NCBI RefSeq assembly: GCF_030253515.1
Contig: NZ_CP124549.1
Location: 150,001 to 182,000, forward strand
Source of the DNA: Candidatus Nanosynbacter lyticus
Lineage (GTDB): Bacteria > Patescibacteriota > Saccharimonadia > Saccharimonadales > Saccharimonadaceae
Direction: 5' to 3'
DNA length: 32,000 bases
Positions 31,919-32,000 of this stretch are shown piece by piece. The translations under genes were made by a program, and so were the position numbers. Position 1 is the first letter of the stretch; every line of letters starts with the position of its first letter. The notes under the pieces are model-generated. The model was not told where the DNA came from, did no database searches, and worked only from the letters and a program-made list of their open reading frames with translations.

Positions 31919-32000
31919 ATGTATGGTTTAGCAGTGCTCAGTCAGTTACTCTTTTTCGCGCGAGCCGGTGGCGGCGGGTCAAGTTCTGGCGGCGGTGGTG
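31919..32000 (+). CDS. 5' end of an unidentified CDS (runs off the window): hydrophobic N-terminus then a Gly/Ser run
   Basis: ATG at 31919 opens a frame reading MYGLAVLSQLLFFARAGGGGSSSGGGG with no stop before the window end. Only 27 codons are visible. Confidence 0.3.
   Translation, partial: MYGLAVLSQLLFFARAGGGGSSSGGGG

Overview
This is a gene-dense window from a compact bacterial genome that uses the standard code: TGA acts as a stop, including in ATGA/GTGA start-stop overlaps. It opens with the last ~885 nt of a 23S rRNA gene, a 5S rRNA gene and a rho-independent terminator. About 35 CDS follow, mostly housekeeping: rpsA, infB, priA-def-fmt, recJ, rpsU-yqeY-adk-map, ftsA-ftsZ-nrdR, a VKOR homologue and ileS. 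S1 has only four S1 domains and IF-2 is only 588 aa. These reduced proteins, an LPXTG sortase substrate, VKOR and several lineage-specific hypotheticals suggest a Patescibacteria/CPR organism, most likely Saccharibacteria (TM7). That placement is inference only. I saw no CRISPR array, IS/transposase, integrase or tRNA gene. The main observations are: (1) a complete GNAT acetyltransferase domain inserted in frame into the catalytic core of a type-2 IleRS, on AT-richer DNA, and the same IleRS has a non-canonical HIGH signature (HHGT); (2) an NrdR homologue with no zinc-ribbon cysteines that starts directly after the ftsZ stop; (3) a recurrent promoter layout (-35/-10 followed 6-10 nt later by ATG, no Shine-Dalgarno) predicting leaderless mRNAs for the first genes of at least eight transcription units, while internal operon genes have strong SD sites; (4) a four-gene translationally coupled operon (ClbS/DfsB-like, 2H phosphoesterase, IMPase-family, YunG-like::UDG-like fusion) preceded by a ~290-nt structured non-coding region; (5) a lower-GC three-gene cluster of unknown function that includes a paralogous pair. 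All product calls come from motif recognition by eye; no database search was run.
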